A DNA stretch of 63,278 bases, filler included, from Octopus bimaculoides (taxonomy: Eukaryota): the NCBI RefSeq assembly GCF_001194135.2. It is 5 parts of 5 records of this genome, joined end to end, with 100 filler letters (N's around TTAATTAATTAA, not from the genome) between each part and the next. Parts side by side here need not be neighbours in the genome. Positions count along the whole stretch, not along the records: positions 1 to 28,737 come from NC_068992.1; positions 28,838 to 36,057 come from NC_068987.1; positions 36,158 to 59,511 come from NC_069003.1; 2 more parts are not named here. One strand, given 5' to 3'. How positions within the stretch are numbered: the first letter of the stretch is position 1; each line of letters starts with the position of its first letter. A model generated the notes under the pieces. It searched no databases and was not told where the DNA came from. It saw only the letters and a program-made list of their open reading frames with translations. A program made the translations under genes and the position numbers. Positions 25,692-39,472 of this stretch are shown one piece after another.

Positions 25692-28600
25692 NNNNNNNNN
25701 NNNNNNNNNNNNNNNNNNNNNNNNNNNNNNNNNNNNNNNNNNNNNNNNNNNNNNNNNNNNNNNNNNNNNNNNNNNNNNNNNNNNNNNNNNNNNNNNNNNN
25801 NNNNNNNNNNNNNNNNNNNNNNNNNNNNNNNNNNNNNNNNNNNNNNNNNNNNNNNNNNNNNNNNNNNNNNNNNNNNNNNNNNNNNNNNNNNNNNNNNNNN
25901 NNNNNNNNNNNNNNNNNNNNNNNNNNNNNNNNNNNNNNNNNNNNNNNNNNNNNNNNNNNNNNNNNNNNNNNNNNNNNNNNNNNNNNNNNNNNNNNNNNNN
26001 NNNNNNNNNNNNNNNNNNNNNNNNNNNNNNNNNNNNNNNNNNNNNNNNNNNNNNNNNNNNNNNNNNNNNNNNNNNNNNNNNNNNNNNNNNNNNNNNNNNN
26101 NNNNNNNNNNNNNNNNNNNNNNNNNNNNNNNNNNNNNNNNNNNNNNNNNNNNNNNNNNNNNNNNNNNNNNNNNNNNNNNNNNNNNNNNNNNNNNNNNNNN
26201 NNNNNNNNNNNNNNNNNNNNNNNNATATATAATATATATACGTTTACTGGTGTACATGTATTGATGATTATCGAAGGTATATATTTTTTCACTATATTTG
26301 TGGATAATTGGTTTCTGATATTAGATCGGATTCACATTAGTAGTGTGTGTATACGATTATGAGTAAAAAAAAAAAAAAAGAAAACGGAAGAAAAATAAAA
26401 CATTTAAAGCCGAAGTAAAGCACTGTGTTTCACATAAATATTAACATATTGTATGTGACAGATAAACAACCATTATTGGAAGCTCTTTTCGAAATTATTC
26501 GTGATATAAAGGAAATAGAATTTAGAATAGGATAGAAAAAATAAAGTAGTATTTGATCCTGTAAAAAGGGAAATATCTGACGAAAATAAATAAATAGATA
26601 TTAGGTAAACTCCATTAAATCTTTCCAGTATATAACTCTGATTTGAACACTTTTACTTATATATTATTTTATTATGAAATTATCTATGCTTCTTTCTTTT
26701 TAGGGATAATAATGTCATTCCACGTCTGCACTACAGTGCGTGCCTTGTAATAGTATCTATTATTTAACAGTCTTCTGCTCTTACATCGCTCTATAAACGT
26801 TAATGCTTATGTATCAGTGAATTCAGGAAAGGGCATGCACTTATATTAACTCCGTTGCCGGATGATGCAACAAATTTACACGGTTAAATTTGTAAAGTAA
26901 AAGCCAACCAATTGATAAATAGATAGTGAAATGTAGAGATGTAACGTTATTTTTTGAAATACTTCAGGCAAAAATAAAATGAAAATTAAAAGCAAGAAAG
27001 AAAAAATTATGTAAGCGTTTGAGCACATCGGAGGATATATGTTGTTAAACATATTCAAAATAGTATTGTTGATAGCAAGCTTACTAGGAGTGAAAGAAAA
27101 AACTACCAAAATCAAACTGTCAGTTCAGATATATTCATTAGGAGTAATGTTACAAGAAGTTGAGAATTGAATACAAAACAATAGCTCATTATCTGCATTG
27201 AGGTGAAATAACATTCATTGCATGTCACAAGTGATTGATTTGTTTGTTTTACACTGAATTCCCAATATTTCTTTTACACGCAAGAAATACAGCGATAATT
27301 ATTTTACAATAACAGGATGTTGTTGATATTGTTGATGTTGTTAGTATTGTTGTTATTGTTGTTGTTGTTGTTTGGAAAGCATCGATTCAGAAATGGAAGA
27401 TCTCTGGTATAATCTATTTATGAAAAACAATAGTAACTTACTAGTTGTAAAGCTATATTTAACTGGTGCAAGGTGAAATTCTTGGTTTCCAGCAGTGCAT
27501 GTCGCTTTGCACAACCATAAGACTTTCTACATTACACACAGACACACAGGTACACAGAGACACAGCTACACAGACACACAGATACACAGAGAAACAGGCA
27601 CACAGACACACACATATGTTGCAAACTGCTTAATAAAACTTTCAGTTGATATAGATATCTGTGCATTATAAATAACGTATATACAGTGTAAACTGTAGTT
27701 TTATCACTTACTCATATCCAGATTTTCTGTCCCCTGGCATATTCAGTGGAGAAAGCATCTTTGTGGCCTTCGCGCGCGACTGTCACATAAGCTTAACACA
27801 TGAACATAGATTACTAATCAATCTGTACTTTAACGGACGGCGTTAAAAACAAAAGAATTTTTACATCAGCCAGAAAGAACATGATTTGCGAAACAACTCC
27901 ATATACTAAACACTTTTGAAAATCGATCAAGAATATACCTATATTTTAAAGTCTCAATAAATTCTAATTAATTATAATATATTCTCTGAGTATTTTCAAC
28001 TTCATATGTTCTGTACTTTCAATTCTTTGGATAAATAACAATTCATATACTACTACTACTACTTCAGCTACTGCTGTTGTTGCTCCTGATGTTACTAACA
28101 CGGCTGCTACTACTACTACTACTACTACTAATACTATCAACGATGGAAGCCCCTAACAGCCGCACTCCTATTTCAGGTCTTTTTGATATGCAGCATCTGA
28201 ATCGTTTTCTCTTCATTTGGCTGTACGGACCATATAACACATTACATGAAAGCAGAAAAATATGCAAGGTTTCATTAATATAGACAGAATTCAAATACTG
28301 AAAACTATTGGTTTCAAGGCCACGCCTTTGTTCTTGCTAGAATTGCACTTTCGTTAATGAATTGCATTTTCATAGCTAGAATTGCACTTCCATTAATGAA
28401 TAAAACCCTTGAAAATTCTAGCTTTTAATCAGCTGACGCAAAGAAATATTTACGAAATGCATATTCATCATTTTGATCCGTTAATCCCTACAGATATTTT
28501 CTCTCTCCGTTCTTTATTTTCGGTTTGTTTCTTTTTTCTTTTTTTCTCTCTACATGTTTTTGTCCTTTCTGTCAAAGAGTAGGCTCGAAACGTCAAAGTC

Positions 28601-28737
28601 TTTTCCATTCATCCCGAGCGTCAAAATGATACACCTGTTTGCTGTTACTTCCCCTTATTCGTCTTTTGTTCTTTTGTAAATTTGAATGATATGTGTGTGT
28701 GTGTGTGTGTGTGTATATGTTTGTTCCCCAACACCAC

Positions 28738-28837
28738 NNNNNNNNNNNNNNNNNNNNNNNNNNNNNNNNNNNNNNNNNNNNTTAATTAATTAANNNNNNN
28801 NNNNNNNNNNNNNNNNNNNNNNNNNNNNNNNNNNNNN
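28738..28837. other. Artificial 100-nt scaffold spacer N44-TTAATTAATTAA-N44 (also 36058-36157, 59512-59611, 61542-61641)
   Basis: Identical geometry at four sites; the 12-mer places a stop codon in all six frames. Confidence 0.9.
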
Positions 28838-28877
<40 letters not shown>

Positions 28878-28878
<1 letters not shown>

Positions 28879-29165
28879 CAGTTTCCGTCTACCAAATCCA
28901 CTCATAAGGCCTTGATCGGCCCGAGGCTATAGTAGAAGACACATGCCCAAGGTGCCAGGCACTGGGACTGAACCCGTAACCATACAGCCGATCGGCAAAA
29001 GAGAACCGACAGATATGTACCAGACTTAAGAAAAAAAAAAATCCCTCAGGTCGAGTTGTTCGACTAAAGCGTTCAAGGTTGTGCCCCACCATGGCCGCAG
29101 TCCAATGACTGAAACAAGTACAAGATGAAAGATGTTGGTTGGGAAGCTGTGCGCAACATCCAATG
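28878..29165. mobile_element. Nested family B SINEs: a minus-strand 5' half interrupted by a plus-strand 3' half (about 28986-29132)
   Basis: Minus-strand head is split between ...cttcccaacc (29135-29150) and gtatggttacgggttcagtccca (up to 28985). The insert reads tcggcaaaagag...ccatggccgcagtccaatgactgaaacaag. Confidence 0.75.
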
Positions 29166-30354
29166 CGTGTGTGTGGCGGGTGTATGTGTGTCACAACTGG
29201 AAATGACTGGTTCGTTGAGAATAAGGAGGAGTCTTGTTCACCTTAAGTTCCTGCTGATGATAGCTTAGAGAGTCAGCAGTCAGCGCTGTTTCCTTTTTTA
29301 TTTTCCTCAGTGAGATCATTTTAAACAACGCTGTTCCCTTTTGTGTGCGCATATATATATATATATATNNNNNNNNNNNNNNNNNNNNNNNNNNNNNNNN
29401 NNNNNNNNNNNNNNNNNNNNNNNNNNNNNNNNNNNNNNNNNNNNNNNNNNNNNNNNNNNNNNNNNNNNNNNNNNNNNNNNNNNNNNNNNNNNNNNNNNNN
29501 NNNNNNNNNNNNNNNNNNNNNNNNNNNNNNNNNNNNNNNNNNNNNNNNNNNNNNNNNNNNNNNNNNNNNNNNNNNNNNNNNNNNNNNNNNNNNNNNNNNN
29601 NNNNNNNNNNNNNNNNNNNNNNNNNNNNNNNNNNNNNNNNNNNNNNNNNNNNNNNNNNNNNNNNNNNNNNNNNNNNNNNNNNNNNNNNNNNNNNNNNNNN
29701 NNNNNNNNNNNNNNNNNNNNNNNNNNNNNNNNNNNNNNNNNNNNNNNNNNNNNNNNNNNNNNNNNNNNNNNNNNNNNNNNNNNNNNNNNNNNNNNNNNNN
29801 NNNNNNNNNNNNNNNNNNNNNNNNNNNNNNNNNNNNNNNNNNNNNNNNNNNNNNNNNNNNNNNNNNNNNNNNNNNNNNNNNNNNNNNNNNNNNNNNNNNN
29901 NNNNNNNNNNNNNNNNNNNNNNNNNNNNNNNNNNNNNNNNNNNNNNNNNNNNNNNNNNNNNNNNNNNNNNNNNNNNNNNNNNNNNNNNNNNNNNNNNNNN
30001 NNNNNNNNNNNNNNNNNNNNNNNNNNNNNNNNNNNNNNNNNNNNNNNNNNNNNNNNNNNNNNNNNNNNNNNNNNNNNNNNNNNNNNNNNNNNNNNNNNNN
30101 NNTATATATATATATATATATATGTGTATATATATAATACAAATGATATATGAGCATATACATGTATGTACATGTATGTACATACCTACATCTACATGTA
30201 TATATAGATGCATATCTGGGTACAGGACGTCACAATAAACCGTGGACAAAATGAAAAACAGAACAAAACAGAGAACAGAAAACACACAGGCTACATAGAG
30301 AACATTTCCTTCATCAGCTGCCACCATTCTAAACTAAGCATTTCGAAGAGTTAG

Positions 30355-30400
<46 letters not shown>

Positions 30401-30451
30401 TAGATAGATAGATATGAGTATGTGTGCGTGTATATGTACATATGCATGTGT

Positions 30452-30497
<46 letters not shown>

Positions 30498-32173
30498 AGA
30501 CAGACAGATAAAGACAGAGAAAAGAGGGGACAGAGGGAAAAGGGGATAGACAGATGCATATATCCACACATGCACACATGCACGCATACATACATTTGGT
30601 GGAATCGTGCATTGACTTCAATGTATAATAACGAAAACTATTTCTGTTTCGCATTCGTTTTCCTATTTCTACAGACACTTCTTTCAAATTTTTACTGCCA
30701 CACTCTTTAACCTGCCACAATGTCCTTTTTGTGCTTCATTGATTCATGCTAAACGTTATCACCATGAAAGTTTCTCAGATTCTCTACCCCCTTTTCATTT
30801 TGTTTCTAAGCCATAAATGTTAGATAAACCAAACTCCACTTTAACCTTATTTCTAAGCGGTACGCGTTTATTTTCGGTCGCTTTGTTGCTTGCCTTAAAG
30901 TGCATTGTCGAAAGATCTGTCCGACATATATTGCTGTGACTCTATTTTGTTATCAGTGGTACGAAACGACTTTCGAGTAAGGACGCATTCCATGAGAGCA
31001 ATATGTTTCTTACCGTCGGTTTTGTTTTAAAATATTATCAGTGTAAAAGTATATATCTCTGTGGTTAAGAGGTTCGCTTTGCGGTCACNNNNNNNNNNNN
31101 NNNNNNNNNNNNNNNNNNNNNNNNNNNNNNNNNNNNNNNNNNNNNNNNNNNNNNNNNNNNNNNNNNNNNNNNNNNNNNNNNNNNNNNNNNNNNNNNNNNN
31201 NNNNNNNNNNNNNNNNNNNNNNNNNNNNNNNNNNNNNNNNNNNNNNNNNNNNNNNNNNNNNNNNNNNNNNNNNNNNNNNNNNNNNNNNNNNNNNNNNNNN
31301 NNNNNNNNNNNNNNNNNNNNNNNNNNNNNNNNNNNNNNNNNNNNNNNNNNNNNNNNNNNNNNNNNNNNNNNNNNNNNNNNNNNNNNNNNNNNNNNNNNNN
31401 NNNNNNNNNNNNNNNNNNNNNNNNNNNNNNNNNNNNNNNNNNNNNNNNNNNNNNNNNNNNNNNNNNNNNNNNNNNNNNNNNNNNNNNNNNNNNNNNNNNN
31501 NNNNNNNNNNNNNNNNNNNNNNNNNNNNNNNNNNNNNNNNNNNNNNNNNNNNNNNNNNNNNNNNNNNNNNNNNNNNNNNNNNNNNNNNNNNNNNNNNNNN
31601 NNNNNNNNNNNNNNNNNNNNNNNNNNNNNNNNNNNNNNNNNNNNNNNNNNNNNNNNNNNNNNNNNNNNNNNNNNNNNNNNNNNNNNNNNNNNNNNNNNNN
31701 NNNNNNNNNNNNNNNNNNNNNNNNNNNNNNNNNNNNNNNNNNNNNNNNNNNNNNNNNNNNNNNNNNNNNNNNNNNNNNNNNNNNNNNNNNNNNNNNNNNN
31801 NNNNNNNNNNNNNNNNNNNNNNNNNNNNNNNNNNNNNNNNNNNNNNNNNNNNNNNNNNNNNNNNNNNNNNNNNNNNNNNNNNNNNNNNNNNNNNNNNNNN
31901 NNNNNNNNNNNNNNNNNNNNNNNNNNNNNNNNNNNNNNNNNNNNNNNNNNNNNNNNNNNNNNNNNNNNNNNNNNATATTCACACACACAAACGCTATCAG
32001 GTGTCTTTTATTTTGTTTGACGGTCTGTTGCGATTCAGGAATGAGTGAGTTAGTCGTTGGAGTGGCAAGATAAAGGGGGAAGGGAGAGGCAGTGAGTGAG
32101 AGAAAGATAATCAAACCATAGAATGAATGAAAGTGGGAGAACGCTGCATATGCTTGGGAGTGAAAAGGATGAT

Positions 32174-32215
<42 letters not shown>

Positions 32216-32482
32216 GAGAGAGAGAAAGTTCACGATGAGTGCACAGCAAGGCAGGGTTTATGGTTCAAATCAAGAAGTTGATCAAGAAAATAGAAAGGTG
32301 AAATGTATTGATAGAGAAAAGAGAGCGGGAAAGAGAAAATAGAAATGCGTAATGACAAGAGATGAGGATTTAAAGATAGAACGGCATACCGTGAGTGGTT
32401 GGGGAAGGAAGAAGTACATTGTACCGAGTATGAAAACATGGCAGACTTATTAAGAGAAAGACAGATAGATGAAGATATGTGT

Positions 32483-32523
<41 letters not shown>

Positions 32524-32814
32524 AGAGAGAGAGAGAGAGTAAAAAACAACGAAGAGCCCGAGATCATTTGAGATTTGTAGGGAAAGAGAAAGAGTGCGAG
32601 CATGGAAGCAAATACATCATCACCATGTGCTGTACTCTTGTGAAAGCCCTTAAGACCGCCTTCTTTCATTGTAATAAAGGAGGAGTCTCCTTAGAGGGAA
32701 AGGCTGTTCTGACTAGTCCCGTACGCCCTTCTTACAGCGTAGTCTGATCTAAGAGAGAGAGGGGGGGGAAGGAAGGAAACACGGAGTACGCCATAGAATT
32801 TGACTCATAAATTA

Positions 32815-32935
32815 TTCTGTTGACTCTGAGGGGTGAAAAGCAAAGTGGACCTCGGTGCGATTTGAACTTAGAACGCGATGAGGCGGCACAAATGCCTCAA
32901 GACGTTTTGTCCGACGCTTTAACAATTTTACAGAC
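32815..32935 (-). mobile_element. Degenerate family A SINE fragment
   Basis: gaaaagcaaagtggacctcgg...atttgaacttagaacg. Confidence 0.65.
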
Positions 32936-34362
32936 TGACTTATGATGGTAAGAAAAGCAAATGGATAAACGGGGAAAACGAAACTAAAGTGTAACAGAGA
33001 TGTGAGGAGAGTGAAACAGTTTAGAAAGTAGTTATAGGAAAAGAGAGTATGCGACTATAAAGGAGAGAAAAAGAAAAAAAAAATTGCGATGACAATTAAG
33101 AGTAAGAGAATAAAAGGAAGAGAGAGAAAAAGAGAGAGTAAGAATGTTTATTGACAGATGACGAAGGAAGATAAAGTAATATTCTTAACCATTCAACATC
33201 TCTATGATATTTCTGCAAAATTCATGCTTGTATAGTTTACTCTCTACTTGGAGGAACCCCGTCATTTTTTACGGTTGCTACCTGTTTTATACTTCATACA
33301 TATATGTGTGTATCTACATATATATGAATGTGTGATATATTTTATATATATTTGGATATATTTGCATTTATGTGATATCTCGTATACATTTGGTTATATG
33401 TTAGTGCGTGTGCGCATCAGTTGTGTGTGTGTGTGTGTGTGTGAGTGTGTGTGCGCGCGCGCGTTTATTTGTGGATGAATTTACGTGCAAATGTGAAGTA
33501 TGAATTAGTCTGTGATACTGTCATATATAAATTTCAAATTGTAAATGTGCTCTGTGTCCTTTTGCAAGTCGCGTAAAATTAACATTATCTTCGGATTTAT
33601 TTGTTGNNNNNNNNNNNNNNNNNNNNNNNNNNNNNNNNNNNNNNNNNNNNNNNNNNNNNNNNNNNNNNNNNNNNNNNNNNNNNNNNNNNNNNNNNNNNNN
33701 NNNNNNNNNNNNNNNNNNNNNNNNNNNTATACACGCTGCTCATCTGTAAAGTCACATCTGTAAACATCAAGAATTTCAAATGATAATTAAATATTTGTTG
33801 TGGAATGACATTTTGATAAACCCACAAGATAAGCTAGAAAATCTAAATAAACAAATACAACAAAATTTAAGCATTGGTTAACCGTGACTCACTTTTACAA
33901 CACGTACACAAAAAAAAAACTGTATGGTTTTATCCTTCCATTTCGGTAACGCTTCAGTTTTAATACTTCAGTTTCTGACCTAGCAACCAAACCCCATCCC
34001 TTTTTTTTCTCTCTCTTCATGGCTGATATCATTGCAGACGGAACAGCTGTCAGTTGATAAGCGACATACGCCAACATCTAGTGATACATTTACGAGGTAT
34101 ATTTGTACTTGTTATAGTTATAACAATCATGATATGATCTTTGTTTTTCTTGTGTATTCATGATATAAAAAAAAAACACATGAAGATAGATACTCTAAGA
34201 GATGAGGGGCTGGAAATAATATATATTTATTGTTTAAATTGGAGATGATATTTAACTATGAAAAATGTTTTGGGAAATACATCGATAAATTGCGGTATTT
34301 TAACACAATAAAATACATTTGTTTCATAAAATATTTCATAAATTTTATTTCATAAAAATATA

Positions 34363-34727
34363 CAGGGTTCGGACGGTATTTGAGGACACATGCATTTTTA
34401 GTCATTATTTATTTGACTAAATTATATTGAACTTCTATTTCAGAAAATAACAATGACGGATCTTATGAAATGAAAAGGCTGTGATTGTGGTTTTGACGGC
34501 TAAGCATGGCGATATAGAAATTTCTCGTTTTCTGAAAGATGCAAGATCTTTTGCACATAAGTTTTGGTGTGAGTTAGAGAAAGAAGATGGAAGCGTATTA
34601 CTTGTATAAAAACGTAAAAAAAACATTTCAAGTGCTCTGATTCTATCAGGACACCTGAATTTGTTCAGGAAGTTAAGCAAAACTTTGAAGACAATCCAGG
34701 AAAATCAATGAGGTCAATTGCAAAAAA
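34363..34727 (+). mobile_element. Tc1/mariner-superfamily transposon 5' end (probably DD37D/maT-like), cut by a SINE
   Basis: Starts TA|CAGGG (34361-34367). Frameshifted translation gives KHGDIEISRFLK.ARSF.HK...KHFKCSDSIRTPEFVQEVK...EDNPGKSMRSIAK (two HTH modules). Subfamily is inferred. Confidence 0.7.
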
Positions 34728-34870
34728 AATTCGGCAAAAGAGACCGATAGAATAAGTACTAGGCTTATAAAGAATAAACTCTGGGATCGATTTGCTCGAC
34801 TATAAAGGCGGTGCTCCAGCATGGCCGCAGTCAAATGACTGAAACAAGTAAAAGAGTAAAAAAAGAGAGT
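34727..34870 (+). mobile_element. Family B SINE, 3' part
   Basis: ttcggcaaaagagaccgatagaataagtactaggc...gactgaaacaagtaaaagagt. Confidence 0.85.
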
Positions 34871-35714
34871 AATAAATTTTTTATTCATTTTATTTTCTAT
34901 AATTTTTCTATAATTTTTCTTCCTTTCAATTTCTAAATCATTACTTGTTTTAAATTTTTCCATGAAAAACGAACCAGTAATTTATTTTAATAATCTGTGC
35001 GCCGACATGCCAAAAGATAGAACCTGTTGTGTAGGAACTCTTTCATTGGTTGGAGATATAATTGTGTTCTGTTATGTAGTTTTCTCATTAACACTCCTCA
35101 AAGTTACATCCGTTTTATACAACAGAAGCAGTATTAAATTTAAAAAGCCATCTGTGTATCATACCTAATGCAGTTAAATCACAAAAGAAAAAGGAAAATA
35201 ATATCCCTCATGGACGTACTGTGTTTAAAAGCACAAATATTTATCAGTAGTAGACGAAAATCTTCCAGCAGCGGCAGTGGGGTTACTAAATACGTGTTTT
35301 TGGTGCCCGTAGATTTTAAGCATTTTGTCATATAAATCTCTTCTAAAATTAATTTAATTTCCTTAGAAATATAGTTTTGCAAGGTCCGTGATGGCAAATG
35401 TTAGAGTTAGGTCACTTAGTGAGATACATATTCTAGTAACATAATGCTCTATTGAACACCATTTTCTACAATTTACCATGCTTTCCGCTTCAATTTTCGT
35501 GATGTATAATAGACACGTAAGAATGACTGTTGTCTCTAACATAAAATTGTCTGTCATTATGAAAGCTATTGTTATTCCAATAATCAAACACTGTTTATAC
35601 CTTGATGCTATCTCTCATATTACCAATATTTATAGGAATTTGTTTCAGAAAATTGTTCTATGCTTAAACACATAATGTGAAAGGAATAAATGATAAATTA
35701 TAGACATTCAAATA

Positions 35715-35875
35715 GCGCGGGTACGGCCGTGTAAATAAGAAGTTCACTTTGAAGCCACGCAGTTTGGGGTTCAATCTCACTGTGCGGCACCATGGAATAA
35801 TGCTTTCTACAATGTGTGGAAGTACGTCGTGTATGTGTGTTTGTGCGTGTGTTTGTATATGTTTATGTGCGTGTG

Positions 35876-35932
<57 letters not shown>

Positions 35933-35992
35933 TTCAAGGTGGTGTTCCAGCATGGCCGCCGTTTGATGACTGACACAAGTAAAAAAGATAAT
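35715..35992 (+). mobile_element. Degenerate family B SINE with an internal (TA)n and deletions
   Basis: ggggttcaatctcactgtgcggcacc head and ggtggtgttccagcatggccgc...gactgacacaagtaaaa tail. Confidence 0.65.
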
Positions 35993-36179
35993 GGATAAAG
36001 ATATATAAACATATACAAAGAGGACGGACGTTTTTGAAATGGCTATTACTCAGCCTCNNNNNNNNNNNNNNNNNNNNNNNNNNNNNNNNNNNNNNNNNNN
36101 NTTAATTAATTAANNNNNNNNNNNNNNNNNNNNNNNNNNNNNNNNNNNNNNNNNNNNTATATATATATAATACAGAAGG

Positions 36180-36515
36180 TTTCTTCCCAGCCACGTGGTT
36201 CCAAGTTCAGTCCCACTGCGTGGCACCTTGGACACAGACACACAAACATATACACATACACACATATATATATGTATATATGTATGTATGTATATGTTTG
36301 TGTGTTTATGTTTGTCCCCCCCACCAACTTCGCTTGACAACCGAGGCTGGTATGTTTACGTCCCCGTAACTTAGCGGTTCGGCAAAAAGAGACCGATAGA
36401 ATAAGTACTAGGCTTACAAAGAAGAAGTCCTGGGGTCGATTTGCTCGATTAAAAGGCGGTGCCCCAGTATGGCCGCAGTCAAATGACTGAAACAAGTAAA
36501 AGAGTAAAAGAAAAA
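36180..36515 (+). mobile_element. Family B SINE
   Basis: ttcccagccacgtggttccaagttcagtcccactgcgtggcacc through gactgaaacaagtaaaagagtaaaag. Confidence 0.85.
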
Positions 36516-38944
36516 AAAAAATGAGTAATTTCGGATTAAACTCTAGTGTTGTCTCCCTTCGTGAAAAACCGTCTATAGTTATCTCCCATGCTGTATTTCC
36601 GGTTCCTATTTCGTTATTCATCAAACATGGAGTATAAACAGGTCACAGCCTTCATTCAGTGACTACAAACTTAATGCCTGGCTCATATTTCTCCTACGTG
36701 CATGTATTTTAAAAGAGGTAAACCATCGCCTGTTACTAATCTAACAAACTGACACAACTACTTCTGCTTAGGTAACTGTAATTAACGTGTAATCTCTCAC
36801 TTTCCCCCTCCCCGTATATCATAAGTTTATACACCAGTCTGCTCAGCTTGGACACAGGTCGAACGAATGGTTTTGCTGCACAAATTGATCGTGTTGACCA
36901 GTTAAACCACACGCGTCCTGTGTCTTCTTTCGGCAGTGACACATTGTTCTCTCTTGCTAACTCACACCTAATGCATCTACCCCAATATATATATATATAT
37001 ATANNNNNNNNNNNNNNNNNNNNNNNNNNNNNNNNNNNNNNNNNNNNNNNNNNNNNNNNNNNNNNNNNNNNNNNNNNNNNNNNNNNNNNNNNNNNNNNNN
37101 NNNNNNNNNNNNNNNNNNNNNNNNNNNNNNNNNNNNNNNNNNNNNNNNNNNNNNNNNNNNNNNNNNNNNNNNNNNNNNNNNNNNNNNNNNNNNNNNNNNN
37201 NNNNNNNNNNNNNNNNNNNNNNNNNNNNNNNNNNNNNNNNNNNNNNNNNNNNNNNNNNNNNNNNNNNNNNNNNNNNNNNNNNNNNNNNNNNNNNNNNNNN
37301 NNNNNNNNNNNNNNNNNNNNNNNNNNNNNNNNNNNNNNNNNNNNNNNNNNNNNNNNNNNNNNNNNNNNNNNNNNNNNNNNNNNNNNNNNNNNNNNNNNNN
37401 NNNNNNNNNNNNNNNNNNNNNNNNNNNNNNNNNNNNNNNNNNNNTACACAAAAAACAACAGTAAACATTAATATGCTTTTAGAGTAACAAAACTTTTGGA
37501 ATCTTTAAAGAAGAATGTCTTATTGTTTTTTTTTTTAAGATATCCGAACTAACTACGATTGTTGCGATGTAAATAAACATTTAAGAATTGCCTTCGAAAC
37601 GAAATCACCGTTGATCTAAATTTTACTGAAAGTATATTAATTTCGTAATTTCCTATTCACAAACGAAACCTGTATTATAAAATTAAATAAACTCTTGAGT
37701 TAATTGTGTAGCTTCTTTCCCTGTGACAACCCAGTTTCTTCTCAAATTTCTTCTGTTACTACTTTCTGTAAAACTGGGAACTGGATTGAATGCAGTGTTA
37801 GGGACACACGGTGCTTGACATCAAGGTGTTCTCCGAGGTGGAACAGCTTTTAATGGTCGGTCTGCTTAATCGGGGTTGAACTAAACAATAGCAATAACGT
37901 TGTGATCATGTCCGGAGTGAACGAGGGAGCCTTTCTTATATGGTAACTTTATTTGCTAGAAACAGCAGTCAAATTATCTTGAGATCACACCTACTTTCTT
38001 AAAAATGAAAATGAAAGGACCCATGGGTTAATGTACTCTTGGATATGTTTTATCAGAAGAAAAAAAAAAAATTATAAGCAGGATGGTCACAGATGGGAGG
38101 CCTTTTATCATAGTTCTGTTTCACGACTCGGTGCTTCCTTAGACTTATATACTTCACGATAAAAATATTATTTTCGAAAACTATTGAGAAAATATAAAGA
38201 AGTTAAATGTCCAATGTTATATCTTTATAACAATAATTAATGATAATGAATAATTTTTGGTTTGGGGTTAATCTCGCTCCCAGTTAATAAACATGTCCAC
38301 CACCTGGTCTTTTGGAGGTACCTTTATCGGAATGATTCAAGCGAAGGGTAATCTTTTAATTTAGCTCCATCCTTTCTTCCCCACCCTTCACGGAGGCTCC
38401 ATTAAAGGGTTATTGACACGACCATTACTTCTTGATCAAAAAAATTCCAAAAGTAAAGAAAACACAATGTTGTTTTGCTGTTTGCCATTGAGAACAGCGA
38501 ATGTTTACGAGGAATACAAGGGGCGTAACTGGAATGGTATGTTTGGCATCGTTTTGCTTTAGGTCAGACGTCATTCAGCAGACCTATGTTGAAAACCTTT
38601 CCAAATGTGATCATCCATGCTTACTTCATCATATAACGGACTCCATTATCCAATGTATTCGTCCTTTTACGATATACCCCCACCTCAAACAATAAACATC
38701 ATTATACTTCCCAGCATGTCTAATTGAATTCACTGATAAATAGTGCTTTGTCATGGTGTCAGGAAAATTTACATAAACTAATTATGTCCCTTTTTTAAGA
38801 CAATGGGGTAAGATTTAAGAGATAATTGACTATCTAGCAGGTCTAGTAACCATGTAGTGTTTGTATTGTCAGGAATTCCCTGTTGGAGAGACGAAATTAA
38901 GTGGTAGAATTTAGGTTCAGCTGCCAATAATGTGGAAGGAAGGC

Positions 38945-39198
38945 TTAACTCTTAGACATTTTACACTGGTCATATTCGGCTCAAATATTCTGTTTTATGG
39001 TCAATCTGGCCACTGACTCCTACCTTATTATGTCATTTGAAAAATAAACAATCATATAGAGGCACAGGTATGGCTGTGTGGTAAGAAGCTTGCTTCCCAA
39101 CCATATGGTTCTGGGTTCAGTCCCACTGCATGGCACCTTGGGCATGTATCTTCTTCTTGAGAGTGGATATGGTAGATGGAAACTGAAAGAAGCCCATC

Positions 39199-39241
<43 letters not shown>

Positions 39242-39472
39242 TTGACAAAGTTGGTATGTTTATGTCCCCGTAACTAAGCAGTTCAGCAAAAGACCAATAG
39301 AATAAGTACTAGGCTCAGAAAAAATAAGACCTGGGGTCGATTTGTTCAACTAAAGCAAGTGAAAGTGTAATTATTATTAACATCTCAAAGCTATGAAATA
39401 ATACATGATTAATTCAAAGCAATGTGAATTAACAAGGATTACATTTAACCGAATAATCTGCATCCTAAAGAA
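38945..39472 (+). mobile_element. TTAA-flanked MITE split by a family B SINE (MITE halves about 38945-39053 and 39382-39472; SINE about 39060-39360)
   Basis: Both halves align, as reverse complement, to the single copy at 44367-44559; a near-complete SINE B lies between them. Confidence 0.7.

Noticed and set aside
28782-28793. TTAATTAATTAA islands inside N runs (also 36102, 59556, 61586)
   Set aside because: Identical N44-12-N44 geometry and six-frame stops indicate an assembler gap marker, not biology.
30660-30820. CPFC...H...HH zinc-finger-like peptide after an AG
   Set aside because: Spacing does not fit C2H2, the frame is short and no donor or partner exon supports it.
21757-32249. Long ORFs in the track made of X and YI/CV/HT repeats (also 36736-37471, 49360-50504, 57929-58825, 60184-61097)
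   Set aside because: Artefacts of N gaps and dinucleotide microsatellites.
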